64,000 nt of DNA from the human T2T-CHM13v2.0 reference genome, Homo sapiens: NCBI RefSeq assembly GCF_009914755.1, contig NC_060930.1. One strand, 5' to 3'. The notes under the pieces were generated by a model, which saw only the letters and a program-made list of their open reading frames with translations, was not told the DNA's origin and ran no database searches. Positions within the stretch are counted from its first letter, which is position 1; each line of letters opens with the position of its first letter. This document shows positions 29,806 to 44,152 of the stretch, one piece after another. A program made the translations under genes and the position numbers.

Positions 29806-31990
29806 TTTATTTATTTATTTTATATTGACAAATTATAATTGTATCTATGTGGTATTAATACTAAGCGATCCTATGATATATACACACACACATACAGTGT
29901 GGGATTTTTGAGCCAAACTAATTAACATCTCCGTCACCTCAAATACTTACCATTTATTTCTCCTGTTTAACTGAAACATTACACGTTCACTAACATTTCC
30001 TCCTAACCCCTCCCATTTCCCTTTTCAGCCTCTGTTAAGCACCATCCTGCTCTCTGCTTTTATGAGTACAGTTGTTTTACATTCCATGTGTAAGTGAGCA
30101 CATGCTATTTTTGTCTTTCAGTGCCTGGCTTATCTCATTTAGCATATTGTCTGTCCTCCAGATTCATCTACGTTATCACAAATGACAGGATTTCCCTCTC
30201 ATAAGGCTGAATAGTATTCCATTGTGTGTTTGTACCACATTTTCTTTATCTGTTCATTGGTTGATGAACACATAAGTTGATCCCATAACTTGGCTGTTGT
30301 GAATAATGTTGTAGTAAACACAGGAATGGAGATAGTTCTTTGATATACTTTTTTTCATATTCCTTGGATATATACCCAGAAGTGGATATGGTAACTCTAT
30401 TTTTAGCTTTGAGGACCCTTCATACTGTTTTCCATAATGCCCATATTAATTTACATTTCCACCAACAGGGTGCTAGGGTTTCCTTTTCTCTACATCCTTG
30501 CCAACACTTGTTATCTTTAATCTTTTTGAGAATAGCCATTCTGACAGGAGTGAGTTAATATTTCACTGTGGTTTTAATTTAAGAGAATGCACCGTTTCTT
30601 AAGCTGGGTGGCATGTACCATGTTTGTTTTGTTATTATTTTTAACTTCTTATGGAAGATTTCATGTCTATGTACAAAAGTAGACAGAATCAAATAATGAA
30701 CCCTCATACACCCATTACCTAGCTTTGAAATTAAGAACTCATGGCAGGCCCGGGGCAGTGGCTCACGCCTGTAATCCCAGCCTTTTGGGAGGCCAAGGTG
30801 GGCGGATCACTTAAGGTGAAACCTAATTCTCAAATTTAAATTAAAGTTCTGAAAAATCTCCTGGGGTTCTTATATATTCACCTTAGACAGCAATTAAACT
30901 TGTGACTGGATTTCTGCCTTGGGAAGCATCCAGTCTAAAAGGAAAGAGAAGGCCGGCACAGTACCTCACGCGTGTAATCCCAGCACTTTGGGAGGCCCAG
31001 ACAGGCAGATCAGGAGTTTGAGACCAGCCTGGCCAACATGGTGAAACTCTGTCTCTACTAAAAATACAAAAATTAGCCAGGGATGGTGGCGTGCGCCTGT
31101 AATCCCAGCTACTCAGAAGGCTGAGGTGGGAGATTGCTTGAACCCAGGAGGTGGAGGTTGTAGTGAGCCGAGATCACGCCATTGCACTCCCCTGGGCGAC
31201 AGAGCGAGACTATTCCATCTCAAAAAAAAGAAAAAAAAAAAAGAACTCGTGGCCATTTTTGTTTCATAAACACTACTGCCCACTTTCCTTCATCTCATAA
31301 TATTTTGAAGCAAATCCCAAACATATCCTTTTGTCCATAAATATTTTCAGTTATGCATTGCTAGAAAATACAGACTTAAATTTTTTTAAATTGTGGTAAA
31401 ATACATATGAAATTTGCCATCCTAACCGTTTTTAAGTGGATAGTTCAGTGACATTAAGTACATTCTGATTGTTGTACAATCATTACTACTGTCTATCTGC
31501 AGGATGTTTTTCTTCTTGCGAAACAGAAACTCTGTACTCATTAAACAGTAACTCCTCATTTCCCCTCCCCTCAGTCCCTGACAACCATGATTCTACTTTA
31601 TTTTTATAAATTTGCCTACTTTAGGTACCTCATATAAGTGGAATCATGCAGTATTTGTCCTTTTATCACTGGCTTATTCCACTTGGTATATCCTCAAGAT
31701 TCTTCTATTTTGTAGCGTGTGTCAGAATTTCCTTCCTTTTTAAGGCTGAATAGTGTTCCATTGTATTTATATACCACATTGCTTATCCTTGCATCCATGG
31801 AAGGACACTTGGGTTGCTTCTGTTTACAGACTTTTAAAAATGGGATCAAATGTCATTACACTTTAAAAAATTAAGAGTAATTCCTTAAATTCATCAAATA
31901 TCTAGTTAGTCCTCAAATTTCTAGTTGTCTCATGAATGTCATAAGTATTTTGTTTTATTTTTACAGTTGTCATTGTTTGTAGAGGTTGGA
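29806..31990 (-). mobile_element. Old L1MA/L1MB/L1MC 3' fragments (interrupted by an Alu)
   Basis: Typical L1M 3' UTR motifs (AAGGCTGAATAGTATTCCATTGTGTG, TTTACATTTCCACCAACAG, GGTACCTCATATAAGTGGAATCAT). Confidence 0.7.
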
Positions 31991-32042
31991 TTTGAACAGA
32001 ATATTTTGACTTTTAAATTCATTTGTCCTCTTTTTCATGCAG

Positions 32043-32197
32043 AGTCTGGTCCAGAATCTGTTCCACCAGGATCTCTTTCAAATGTCTCAGATAATGCTGG
32101 TGTTCAAGGGAGCCCTCTTGTGAATAATTATGGCCAGGGGTCACCAGCAGCCAACAGTTCAGTTTCACCCAGTGGAGAAGACCTCATCTTTCACCCG
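32043..32197 (+). CDS. BLTP3A: BLTP3A coding exon (E)SGPESVPPGSLSNVSDNAGVQGSPLVNNYGQGSPAANSSVSPSGEDLIFHP
   Basis: tttttcatgcag| acceptor, CCG|gtcagc donor, 155 nt phase 1/0. Confidence 0.9.
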
Positions 32198-32283
32198 GTC
32201 AGCAGCTCTACTTTCTTCTCTGCAGAGGGTAGGCTCTGGGCTGAGAGCTTGGGACTTAAAACTAAGAGAATCTCCTTTGATAG

Positions 32284-32434
32284 GTCTCAGTTCTGGTCCT
32301 GAAGGTGAATGAGGTGTCTTTTGGGATTGAGGTACGTGGTGAGGACCTGACTGTGGCCCTGCAAGCAGAGGAACTGACCCTCCAGCAGCTGGGCACCGTG
32401 GGACTCTGGCAGTTCCTGCATGGACAGTGCCCAG
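32284..32434 (+). CDS. BLTP3A: BLTP3A coding exon VSVLVLKVNEVSFGIEVRGEDLTVALQAEELTLQQLGTVGLWQFLHGQCP
   Basis: tttgatag| acceptor after an 86-nt intron, CAG|gtaagg donor, 151 nt phase 0/1. Confidence 0.9.
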
Positions 32435-32841
32435 GTAAGGATGGTAGTCATTCCACGACAGATCATGGGACTTGTCTAGGACAGCCATAGATTAACTTGT
32501 ACTTGTCACTGTGCTCTAAGGGCAGCCACTCTACTAGTGCCAAGTTCTCTCCAGCAGCCATTAGGGGGAGGAAAAACTCCATTGAAGCCTTTTTTGCAAA
32601 GAGCCTCTCAGAGCTCTTTCTGGGGCTTTGCATTCACTGTGCTAGTCTCCAACTTCACTTCCAGGTACTCCTGGAGCTTATAGATGAGGACAGTGTCCAC
32701 TTCATTTGTGTGTCTCTTAACATAAAACTATCTGATCAGGGAACTTCTGTCATTCAGATTCAGTCCTTTGATGTGAATTTTCATTTATAAAAGATGACAA
32801 GAAAAATCTTGGCTTATGTTACATACTTCATTTAAAAATTA

Positions 32842-33288
<447 letters not shown>

Positions 33289-33379
33289 CTAGCACTTTGG
33301 GAGGCCCAGGATGGTGGATCACTTGAGGTCAGGAATTTGAAACCACCCTGGCCAACATGGTGAAACCCCGTCTCTACTA

Positions 33380-33538
<159 letters not shown>

Positions 33539-34129
33539 TTAAAAAAAAAAAAAAAAAAATTAGCTCGGTGTGGCGGTGCGTGCCTATAGTTCTAGCTGCT
33601 TGGGAGGCTGAGGTGAGTGGATCATGTGAGTCTAGGAGTTTGAGACTACAGTGAGCTATAATTGCACCACTGCACTCCAGCCTGGGCAATAGAGCAAGAC
33701 CCTGTCTCTTAAAAAACATTAAAATATTGAGTAGATACTGAAGAACACTTATAAAATATATGTAAGGCATAAAATAATAACAATACAATGAACCCATTTA
33801 CTCACCACCTAGTTTGTTTTATTGTTTTTTAATTTTTTTTTGAGACACAGTCTTGCTCTGTTGCCCAGGCTGGAGTGCAGTGGCACGAATTCGACGTGCT
33901 GCAACCTTCACCTCCTTCAAGCAATTCTCCTGGCTCATCCTCCTGAGTAGCTGGGAATACAGGCACACACCACCACGCCCAGCTTATTTTTGTATTTTTA
34001 GTAGAGATGGGGTTTCACCATGTTGACCAGGCTGGTCTCAAACTCCTGGCCTCAAGCGATCTGTCCATGTCAGCCTCCCAAAGTGCTGGAATTACAGGCC
34101 TGAGCCACCATGCCTGGCCCCACCACCTA

Positions 34130-35215
<1,086 letters not shown>

Positions 35216-35659
35216 TGTTTGGAGTTTTGGAGAGATTAGCATAGATCCTGCTTTGCTTTATGAGTGACAGATGAGAAAACCAAGACTTAGAGAAAGGAGG
35301 AGACATTCAAATTTAGTAGAGTTTGGGAGTCCTGTGTTTTAAGAGCTTTTCCTTGGCCATTAGCCCACTGTCTCACATTCATAACAAGGCCAATCCTTAA
35401 TCTCTCTTCCACCTTGCAAGGCATTATAGCAAAGTATCTAAGCCCATGGACTTGGCAGTCAGACTGCCTGGGTTCAGATCCTCTCCTTGCTACTTACTAA
35501 TTATGTAATTTTGGGCAAGTTATTCTCTGTGACTTCGTTCAGTCAGATGAGAATGATGATATTCCTTTGACATAGGGTTATTATGAATATTGGTATATAA
35601 GGTGCTTAGAAGACTCCCTGGCCGTTAATTAGTTGTCTTCCTTGTCTTTCTTCACAAAG

Positions 35660-35922
35660 GTACATGCTTTCAGGAATCCTCAACTTTGAAGACTGGCCAC
35701 ATCAGGCCAGCTGTGGGCCTTCGCTTTGAGGTGGGGCCTGGAGCAGCTGTTCATTCCCCCCTGGCCTCACAAAATGGCTTCCTACATTTATTGCTTCATG
35801 GCTGTGACCTCGAGCTGCTCACTTCAGTGCTCAGTGGCCTGGGGCCCTTCTTGGAGGATGAGGAGATCCCGGTGGTAGTCCCCATGCAGATTGAGCTTCT
35901 GAACTCCAGCATCACCCTAAAG
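35660..35922 (+). CDS. BLTP3A: BLTP3A coding exon (G)TCFQESSTLKTGHIRPAVGLRFEVGPG...IELLNSSITLK
   Basis: cttcacaaag| acceptor, AAG|gtgtga donor, 263 nt phase 1/0; matches the frame of ORF 35686..35928. Confidence 0.9.
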
Positions 35923-36389
35923 GTGTGAGGAACCTTTGGTTTTTGCCAATGTAAGGGCACATTGGTTTTTGCCCTGGACTTTGTCAAGCAAGGAAGCAGT
36001 GACACCTGTTAACCTCTTCCCTTTTCACTGTAAAATATGGTGAGGATCAAGTGAGGAAATATTAATACATATTTGCATTCTCTGTCAGTGTTATAGTGGT
36101 ATATAAATGTGTGTTGCTGTCAGAAAAGCCAGGGTTCAGGTGAGGAGACCTTGTCTGTAACCCTAACCCTGTCTTTGGCATGCAGCATTACCATGTGCAA
36201 GCCATCAGGTTATCTGATTCTCAGTTTCACCATCTCTAGATGGGAGAATCTGCCATGCCTCTTATACCTTCCAAGAATGTATGGACAAACTGGCATAAAG
36301 CTGCTTCAAGCTGAATGATGGGAGCATGGGTTGTGTTAAATTGCTCTGAGCTGGTGGGGGGCATCATGTGGTTTCTCTCTTTCCTGCAG

Positions 36390-36498
36390 GATGATATCCC
36401 CCCCATCTATCCAACATCTCCAGGCCCCATCCCCATCACTCTGGCCATGGAACATGTTGTGCTGAAGAGGAGTGATGATGGTGTGTTCCACATAGGCG
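36390..36498 (+). CDS. BLTP3A: BLTP3A coding exon DDIPPIYPTSPGPIPITLAMEHVVLKRSDDGVFHIG
   Basis: ttcctgcag| acceptor, GCG|gtgagt donor, 109 nt phase 0/1. Confidence 0.93.
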
Positions 36499-36624
36499 GT
36501 GAGTCAGGCTTGTCAGCCTGTTGGTTTCTCTGCCTTTTCTCCTAAAAGTGAATAGGTGACACCTAGGAACTGTTTGGGAGTTGGCAGCAGTTTGTCACTT
36601 AGAACCTTTACTTGTTTTCTCCAG

Positions 36625-36731
36625 CTGCTGCTCAGGACAAACCATCAGCTGAAGTACTTAAAAGTGAGAAGAGACAGCCCCCAAAAGAACAGGTGTTTTT
36701 GGTGCCCACAGGAGAGGTTTTTGAACAGCAG
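36625..36731 (+). CDS. BLTP3A: BLTP3A coding exon (A)AAQDKPSAEVLKSEKRQPPKEQVFLVPTGEVFEQQ
   Basis: ttttctccag| acceptor, CAG|gtgagg donor, 107 nt phase 1/0. Confidence 0.92.
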
Positions 36732-37118
36732 GTGAGGACCTAACAGAACAGTAGCTGCCCATAACCCTTGGGGGCTATACTTGTGAAACTGGTAAAACCC
36801 GGGGTTGGGGGGCAAAAAGGTTGCGTGTGCTGCCTGCATGTGGGTGTTTTGGGTTCCTGTCACCTAGCAGCGGCTTCTAGAAGTGCTGACTAGAGGATAA
36901 ATGTCAGGAGCTGGAGACGAATGGTTGCTGAGGACATACTGCACCTGCCAATGAACTATGAAGAGGGAATCAAGGTCTTAGAAAAGATATGGTTATCTTA
37001 ATCATTGACATAACTTGTGGATTTTTCTCCTTGAACTCTTCCTCCCTGTTCCCTTTACTGGCGGTTGTTGCAAGATGGTATTACCGTATTTAACTGTTAA
37101 CTACTTATTGTTCCTCAG

Positions 37119-37244
37119 GTGAAAGAACTGCCTATCCTACAAAAAGAACTTATAGAAACTAAACAAGCCTTGGCCAATGCCAACCAGGATAAAGAAAAAC
37201 TTCTTCAGGAGATTAGGAAATATAACCCCTTCTTTGAGCTCTGA
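37119..37244 (+). CDS. BLTP3A: BLTP3A last coding exon VKELPILQKELIETKQALANANQDKEKLLQEIRKYNPFFEL* (C-terminal coiled-coil-like helix)
   Basis: ttcctcag| acceptor; TGA at 37242-37244; all 15 exons join in frame (3651 nt + stop). Confidence 0.93.
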   Translation: MKELPILQKELIETKQALANANQDKEKLLQEIRKYNPFFEL

Positions 37245-38648
37245 AACCAGTGGCTCAGCCATCTGTGCCAAGGAGAGAGGCTATCACCAGCAATAGCACC
37301 ACCTAGGACAGAGGGCACTGTCCAGTGCTGAATAAGTCACTACGGATGCCAGAGGGACTGGGGAGCACTCACTTCACTTGTGTGGGTGTGCTTTCCACTA
37401 GCTGTTCTTACTTGGACTGAGGACAAGGGCAAAGCATGATTGTATCCCAGGAAACTGGGGCTTGCCCTATGTGTGGCACAAGCATCATGTCTTGCCTGTA
37501 TAAAGCCTTTTGGTCCTCTGTGTACTAGGTGGAATCTTCTCAACACTGTAGGGCCATTTCACCTCATGGTTTCATGGCAGGGACATTTGCTTCCTTCACA
37601 GGCCTGTGTGAACAAGCAAAAGTACCCACCTCCTCGGTCACCCACAGAGCCACCAAAGATTCCATGTCCCAGAGCTTCCCATAGCAGACCTGAAAAGTCC
37701 ATGACCTGAGCTTTGGCCATGGTAGTGGAGTGGAACAGGAAATAGTCCAGCAGAGGAGTGTGGGGGAAGGGGGCAGGAGAGGCACAAGAATAAGGGAGAC
37801 CTGGACTCTGCCTTTTTGGGAAAAGGAACCAAGCTCATAGCAATTTGGCTGATAACACAATCAGATTTTTCCAGGTTAAGCTTCCTTTCTGTTATACTTT
37901 CATCATTGTGATGCTGTGGTAGAAAGTAAATAACAGTAGTGGCTCAGTCATTTAATCTTTCCCCTCTATAATACAACTTACTTGAAATTTAAATCAAGAA
38001 AAAATTTCTGACGCTGAGCTAGGTTGGTGGCATGATATGCCAGGGGTCAGTGGGGGAGCTTGCTTCTGAGCCCCCTGTTGTCCGCCTGGAGTCCTGCTTG
38101 TCTTTCCCAGCTGTGCTGAGTGGCTCTTCTGTCTCCCTGGGGTCCCTGGCACATCTGCTTTCCCAGCTCTGTGACCTTACCAGTTCTCTCCTCAGCCCTT
38201 GGTGGTTTGGGAGCTGAATATATGTTTTAAACTTTTACATAAACAACTCAACCTGTTGCCTCTCACTTCCCTCCATCACTGTGGCTTTTAAAACTCATGT
38301 ATTTTGACTCAAGTGAAAAAAACACAAAAATCCCTCATCCCAGCTAGGTTTTGCCCCCTGCCCTATAAGAGAGCTATTTCCCCCTTTCTTTCCTTTGAAT
38401 TCTTCTCCAACACCATCCCTTCATTCATACTGCCCTGTGATACACTTGAAGCTGTGTTGATTGGACAGACGTTCATCAGCTAACTTACCTTTACTTGGCA
38501 AGATGGTAAAATAGTAACTTAGTGATGTTACTAAAGTCTCGACCATTCACCTTTCCATACTGAAGGAAAGGTAAAAAGGTTTCTTCTATGGGAAATTATG
38601 CTTGACTTGCATACTCTAGTTTGATGAGGATAAAAAGAAACATGTAAT

Positions 38649-38742
38649 TGCAGTGGTGTTTACAACTAATTGATCACAACCAATCATAGATTTCTTTGTT
38701 CCTTCTCCACTCTCAACACTTCATTTGACTAGAAAAAAAAAA
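38649..38742 (+). pseudogene. Y3 RNA (RNY3) retropseudogene, 5'-truncated, with A10 tail, inside the BLTP3A 3' UTR
   Basis: TGCAGTGGTGTTTACAACTAATTGATCACAACC...GATTTCTTTGTTCCTTCTCCACT...TTGACTAG matches hY3 as I recall it (about 8 mismatches in 84 nt). Poly(A) 38733-38742; degenerate TSD aaa(c)atgtaat / aaaatgtatt. Confidence 0.9.
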
Positions 38743-39051
38743 TGTATTCACCAAGGAACAGGACCCAATTTGTTCAGACTTTTGTTAAGTTTCTTTACTA
38801 AGGCAATTTTTGAAACACCAGTTACTATGGGATGGTGGGAATTTTTCATGCTTAAGAAATAGAGACTTAGGAACAAAGAAACATCTTTCTGGAGAAGATG
38901 CTAATGGGAAGTTACCTAAGGCTTGATGCTTGGTTCAACCTTATTTAAAATTTTTATAAATGACCTGAAAGTAGGATTTTACAGTGAAATCAAATGTCAC
39001 TACTTCCAGGCAGTGAAAGGTAATCTAGAAGAGGTTTAAAAAACACAAAAC

Positions 39052-39391
<340 letters not shown>

Positions 39392-42147
39392 TCAGAAAAC
39401 TGACAGGTGAGGTTCAACATAATATAAGGAAATGTATTTATGGAAGAATTATCAACTGATATGCCTGAACACTGTTAGAACTCAGGAAAGAAACAAGCAT
39501 TGCTGAGGGGGAGGAGAGATCAATGTGCTGCTGTGGCCAAAAGCCTAATTGCCCTGTGGGCATCATCAGGAAGGGCTTTTGGAGATAACAGAGAACAGCA
39601 CTTTATACAAAACCATGGATATGTCTTGATCGGATTATCTGTGTTTCTAGTGACCTTATTTACAAGATATATGATAAAGGGAGGAAAGGTCCAGAGAACA
39701 GCCAAAATTATCAGGGGATGGAGGTATATCCATATGAGGACACATTTTTAAAATATAGACTCTATCCTGCAAAGATGAAAGCAGAGGGGAGTTAGATCAA
39801 ATATCCAATCAAGAGCAAGGACCCGGTCCTGTACTACTAGCTCTAGGGCTCTATCTCATAGCCTTAGTAAAGAAAGCACTTCTCATAGCAAATCAGAAAT
39901 GTAAGGAGCTCATTGTCTAAGAAGGGATGCCACCAGAAACTATACATGGGTGCAGGTTTATGAGGAATCCTTGCATGACGGCCTTCTACAAGGAATTATA
40001 GAAAAGTAGGGCTACTTGGTAATATACAACTGAGAGGGTAACTGTGTCCCTCAACAAACTACTCCTTAGTGCCTCTTTCAAAGGCAGAATGTTGATCTGA
40101 ATGGATCACTGGTCAAGTATGGCATCTCTAATGTTCTTGAAGGGGGAGGAAGGAGATCTGGTAGCTGGAAAATATAATTATTCCACGTTAGGCTCACCTG
40201 AATTGGTTTAAAATCATATTCTGATTCTCTTCTCATCCCTTCCTCCCCTCACCCACCATATACCTCTGGCATCCCTCCATGCAAAGAAATGTCGAATAGG
40301 CATTTCTTGGTATAATTTACCTACACTTGTGCTTGTGGGGTGGGAGTAAAAACATATCCAGTAAGTACCAAGGCTAACCTCCTAATGGCTGGAGCTCAGT
40401 TAGGTCTCTGGGCTCTCTAAAGGAGTCCAGAGCTCTTGTCCATGTCACAAATGGAGCCTTAGAATTTCTGTCTTTCCTTATGTGGCAGCTTTGGCCATTG
40501 TGTCTTGAAATTCTCCCTCAGGAAATGTGATAGGGGATATTATCCCATGGGATTTTAGTAAAAATCAGCTTGCCTAATTTCATATTCGTGTTCATAATGA
40601 AGAAATGCGAAGTGGTGGTAGTCCTCAGGATTAAGTGTAAAGGAAAATATGCAAGGAAAAAGTAGCAGTGTCAGCCCTTTTGGACTGCTTATGATTTCTG
40701 CCTTAGAGCTACAAGACTTGGAACAAGAAATAACAATACCTCAAGAAAATGTCTGGAGAGATAGCACCACTGTCCCTCAAAGACTTCAGCCACTGCACAT
40801 TACCAATTCAGCTGTGAAGCATTTACAACTGTATTATCTGTGACTGTCTGCATTTCCTGTTTACATGCATGTGCTGGGGATATGCTTTAGTGTGTATGGA
40901 CTAGAGTTTAAATCCTGTCTTTAACTGGGCTGCAAGGATGGCTATCAATCCCAAATTCTGTTTTCAACTCACTGGAATAATTAATCTGGTGTTCCTGATA
41001 TAAAACAGGTGGGTTCTATTCACATGATGGCTGCTCTTTACCATATATTTCACCTGACCCTCATTTTGCCATGGGCCTCAACCTTTATGTGTGCTTTTTA
41101 TGGCTCTGAAAGGACTGGCTCCCGTGTGTGGAATATACAAGGTATAAACACCACCCCTCACATACCCCTGTAACTTAAATGCTTCCATTTAACTCACTTA
41201 GATTACTTTCCCCTTAGTGGTAAACGGGTTGGGGGATGGGTGGTAGTGCAAAGAAGGTAGTTTGAAATATTGCCATAGTAATATGGGAACTTTTTATTCC
41301 AACCCTTTACCCTGGCTTTTTTTTCTCTCAATATTTGCCTAAAATTCTAAAATGAGTTATAGTAAAATCATAAAACTATGGAAACAACTGAACTTTGGTA
41401 CACAAGTTAGTTCGATGACATCTTGTTATTTGAGAACAGTAAAAGGTGTGTCATTGCCTCATGATTTATCATAGTCATTACTAAGGGTTTCAGAGAGAAT
41501 CTGGTGTGAAGCACTATCCTTTCAGACACTAAGGCCTTTACCTAGTTGCTCCCCTACCTTCTGTCGGAATAGGATTATTCCCATGCACCTCTGGGTAGGT
41601 ATAGGTAGTAGCTATTGAACGGGGATTATTTTCCCCATGGCACAAGGGGAAACACTCTTGGATAACCTTCAACAATGAGGCTTTGCTAAGTGGCCAGACT
41701 TGGGATTTGATCTTCCTCACTTGTTATTTATTAAGTTTAAGCCTTATTCAGTATCTCTAATTGCAATAGATATAGTTCCTGTGACTTCTAAAAAAAATTC
41801 CTGTTAATGCTGAGACAGTATCTTTTTTGTCAGTTTATTAATTTTTGGTCAAGATTTAGCCTGAGTCTTAAAGCATTTATTTGTGGAATGCCCCACTGAA
41901 GTGTCTTCTCCATTGGCTAAGTACATGTTTAAAGCCATGGGTTTTAATGTAAGATACTTTCAGTATCTAATTCTGTTTCCCCCACTGAGGGTGCTAAAGA
42001 GAATTAGAATCTTTACTAAGACATGCTCAGGAAAGCTTCACGAGAGAACAGCTTCAAAATCCTCCCTATGACACTGAATGGTAGTGAGGAAAGAATTCTT
42101 GGGGATGCCAGTTACATACAATAGCCTTATTACTGCTAATCACTGTC

Positions 42148-42314
42148 AATAAAAGGTCACTTCATTCACCTCTATTTGAGGAAAACAATGAGAATGTATC
42201 TGATGAACTAGAATCCTTGTCAGTATTGGGAAATTTTAATGTTGCAATATCTAGTCAAACTTTGAGTGTACTGGTTCTGTGAACCACCTGAAAAAACAAA
42301 TTAAATGTATTAAA
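42148..42314 (+). terminator. Candidate BLTP3A polyadenylation signals
   Basis: AATAAA 42148-42153; tandem ATTAAA at 42300 and 42309; downstream tgattgttgt element. Confidence 0.6.
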
Positions 42315-42373
42315 CCATAATGATTGTTGTATATCCGTTGATAAGAATCTGAAATATATGGGCTTTTATATTG

Positions 42374-42605
42374 TTTATTTTCATCTCAGTCTTGGGGGGG
42401 GAATTATTACACTGTTTTTAACAGTGCTTGAAGTACTCTTTTATGAGATAAAATTTTAATGGTTCTACTAGAAAAAGGGCTCAAATTTTCACAAAATAGC
42501 CAAAACCAGTTGTATTGGAACACCAAAAAAGAATGATCAACTTCCCATTCCAACCAGCTAGACAGAAAATGAATACACCTAGGGCAAGTTGGAAAACAGT
42601 TTAAT
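42374..42605 (-). terminator. Candidate TAF11 polyadenylation signals
   Basis: On the - strand: ATTAAA at 42605-42600 and 42460-42455, AATAAA at 42379-42374. Confidence 0.55.
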
Positions 42606-42799
42606 GATCACTCACCAAAATCCACAGGAGAATCTTAAATGTTTACAAGCACCAATTATTCTGCTATTCCTGCCATCACCGCATCCTTCATGGTAGAGTA
42701 TCACAAGTAAAAGTTTCTGGTTGTTTCATCTACTTAAAACCAGATATAAGAAACAACCTAAGTCTTAGCAACTTCAGGCTTCAATGTGAAACCATTAAA

Positions 42800-43075
42800 G
42801 CCCTCAGCACTTTAGGAGGCTGAGGCAGGAGGACTGCTTGAAGCCAGGAGTTCACGACCAGCCTGGGCAACAAAGCAAGACCCCATCTCCATAAAAAATA
42901 AAAATAAGTTAGCTGGGCACAGTAGTGTGTGCCTGTAGTCCTAGCTACTCAGGAGACTGAGGTGGGAGGGTCACTTAAGCCCAGGAGTTCAAGGCTGCAG
43001 TCATGCCGCTGCACTCCAGCCTAGGTGATAGAGCAAGACCCTATCTCAAACAAAACGAAACCAAAACAAAACAAA
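42800..43075 (+). mobile_element. AluJ-type in the TAF11 3' UTR (antisense in TAF11 mRNA)
   Basis: 5'-clipped Alu with CAAAA tail, lying between the TAF11 stop and the - strand poly(A) signals. Confidence 0.85.
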
Positions 43076-43395
43076 ACTCTCTTGGAAAGGTTTTCTCTCT
43101 GAAAGCAGTTCCCCTGTCCAGAAGATGCTTATGGCCCACGTATCTTCTTCCAACTGGTCAAGACAGTTAAATACTTCAAAATGCCCCAAGAGGTCCCAAA
43201 ATTTAGTCAAGGCAAGTATCAATCAGGCTACATACTTTCTAGGTGTGACAAATATCAGAGTTTTGAGAAAGACATTAAAATCATCATGGAATCCTTGGAG
43301 GCCTGAGATACTAAAGCACCAATGCAGACAGTCTTATAGGAAGTCTGGAACCAATACTTCTTCCGTCAGTAACATAGGCCTTTCTAGACTTTGGT

Positions 43396-43526
43396 CTAGA
43401 AGAAGATGATTTTTTTGTGCTTCGAGTTAGGGATCTGTCCTTTTGACTTTAACCTTCTAACGGCTTCCCTCATATGTTTGGGTTGTAGTGGTGGCATTTC
43501 TCCCCACTTCTCACACACATCCAGTG
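43396..43526 (-). CDS. TAF11: TAF11 exon 5 coding part (A)[42 protein letters not shown]
   Basis: ctgtttag| acceptor on the - strand; TAG at 43398-43396; known TAF11 C-terminus. Confidence 0.95.
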
Positions 43527-43712
43527 CTAAACAGAGGGTAAGGAGAAAGTCTGATTATCACACAATAATTTACTAATCACATAATCCTTTTGAGTCCTGT
43601 AATTCTTGTTAACTTTTCTTAAGCTTGCTAAGGAAATAAACAGACATTTTTCCTTTTTAAGAGAATATTAGTATAACGTCTCATAACAGGCTTTATCATA
43701 GACAACAGTTTA

Positions 43713-43853
<141 letters not shown>

Positions 43854-44035
43854 TTAAAAAATTAGCCAGGGGTGGTGGTGCGCACCTGTGGTCTCAACTA
43901 CTCAGACTGAGGCAGGAGAATCACCCGAGCCCAGGAGCTAACTGTTACAGTGAGCTGTGATCGCATGATCAAGGCACTCCAGCCTGGGTGACAGAGTGAG
44001 ACCCTGTCTCAAATAACTACATAAAAATAAAATTA

Positions 44036-44152
<117 letters not shown>

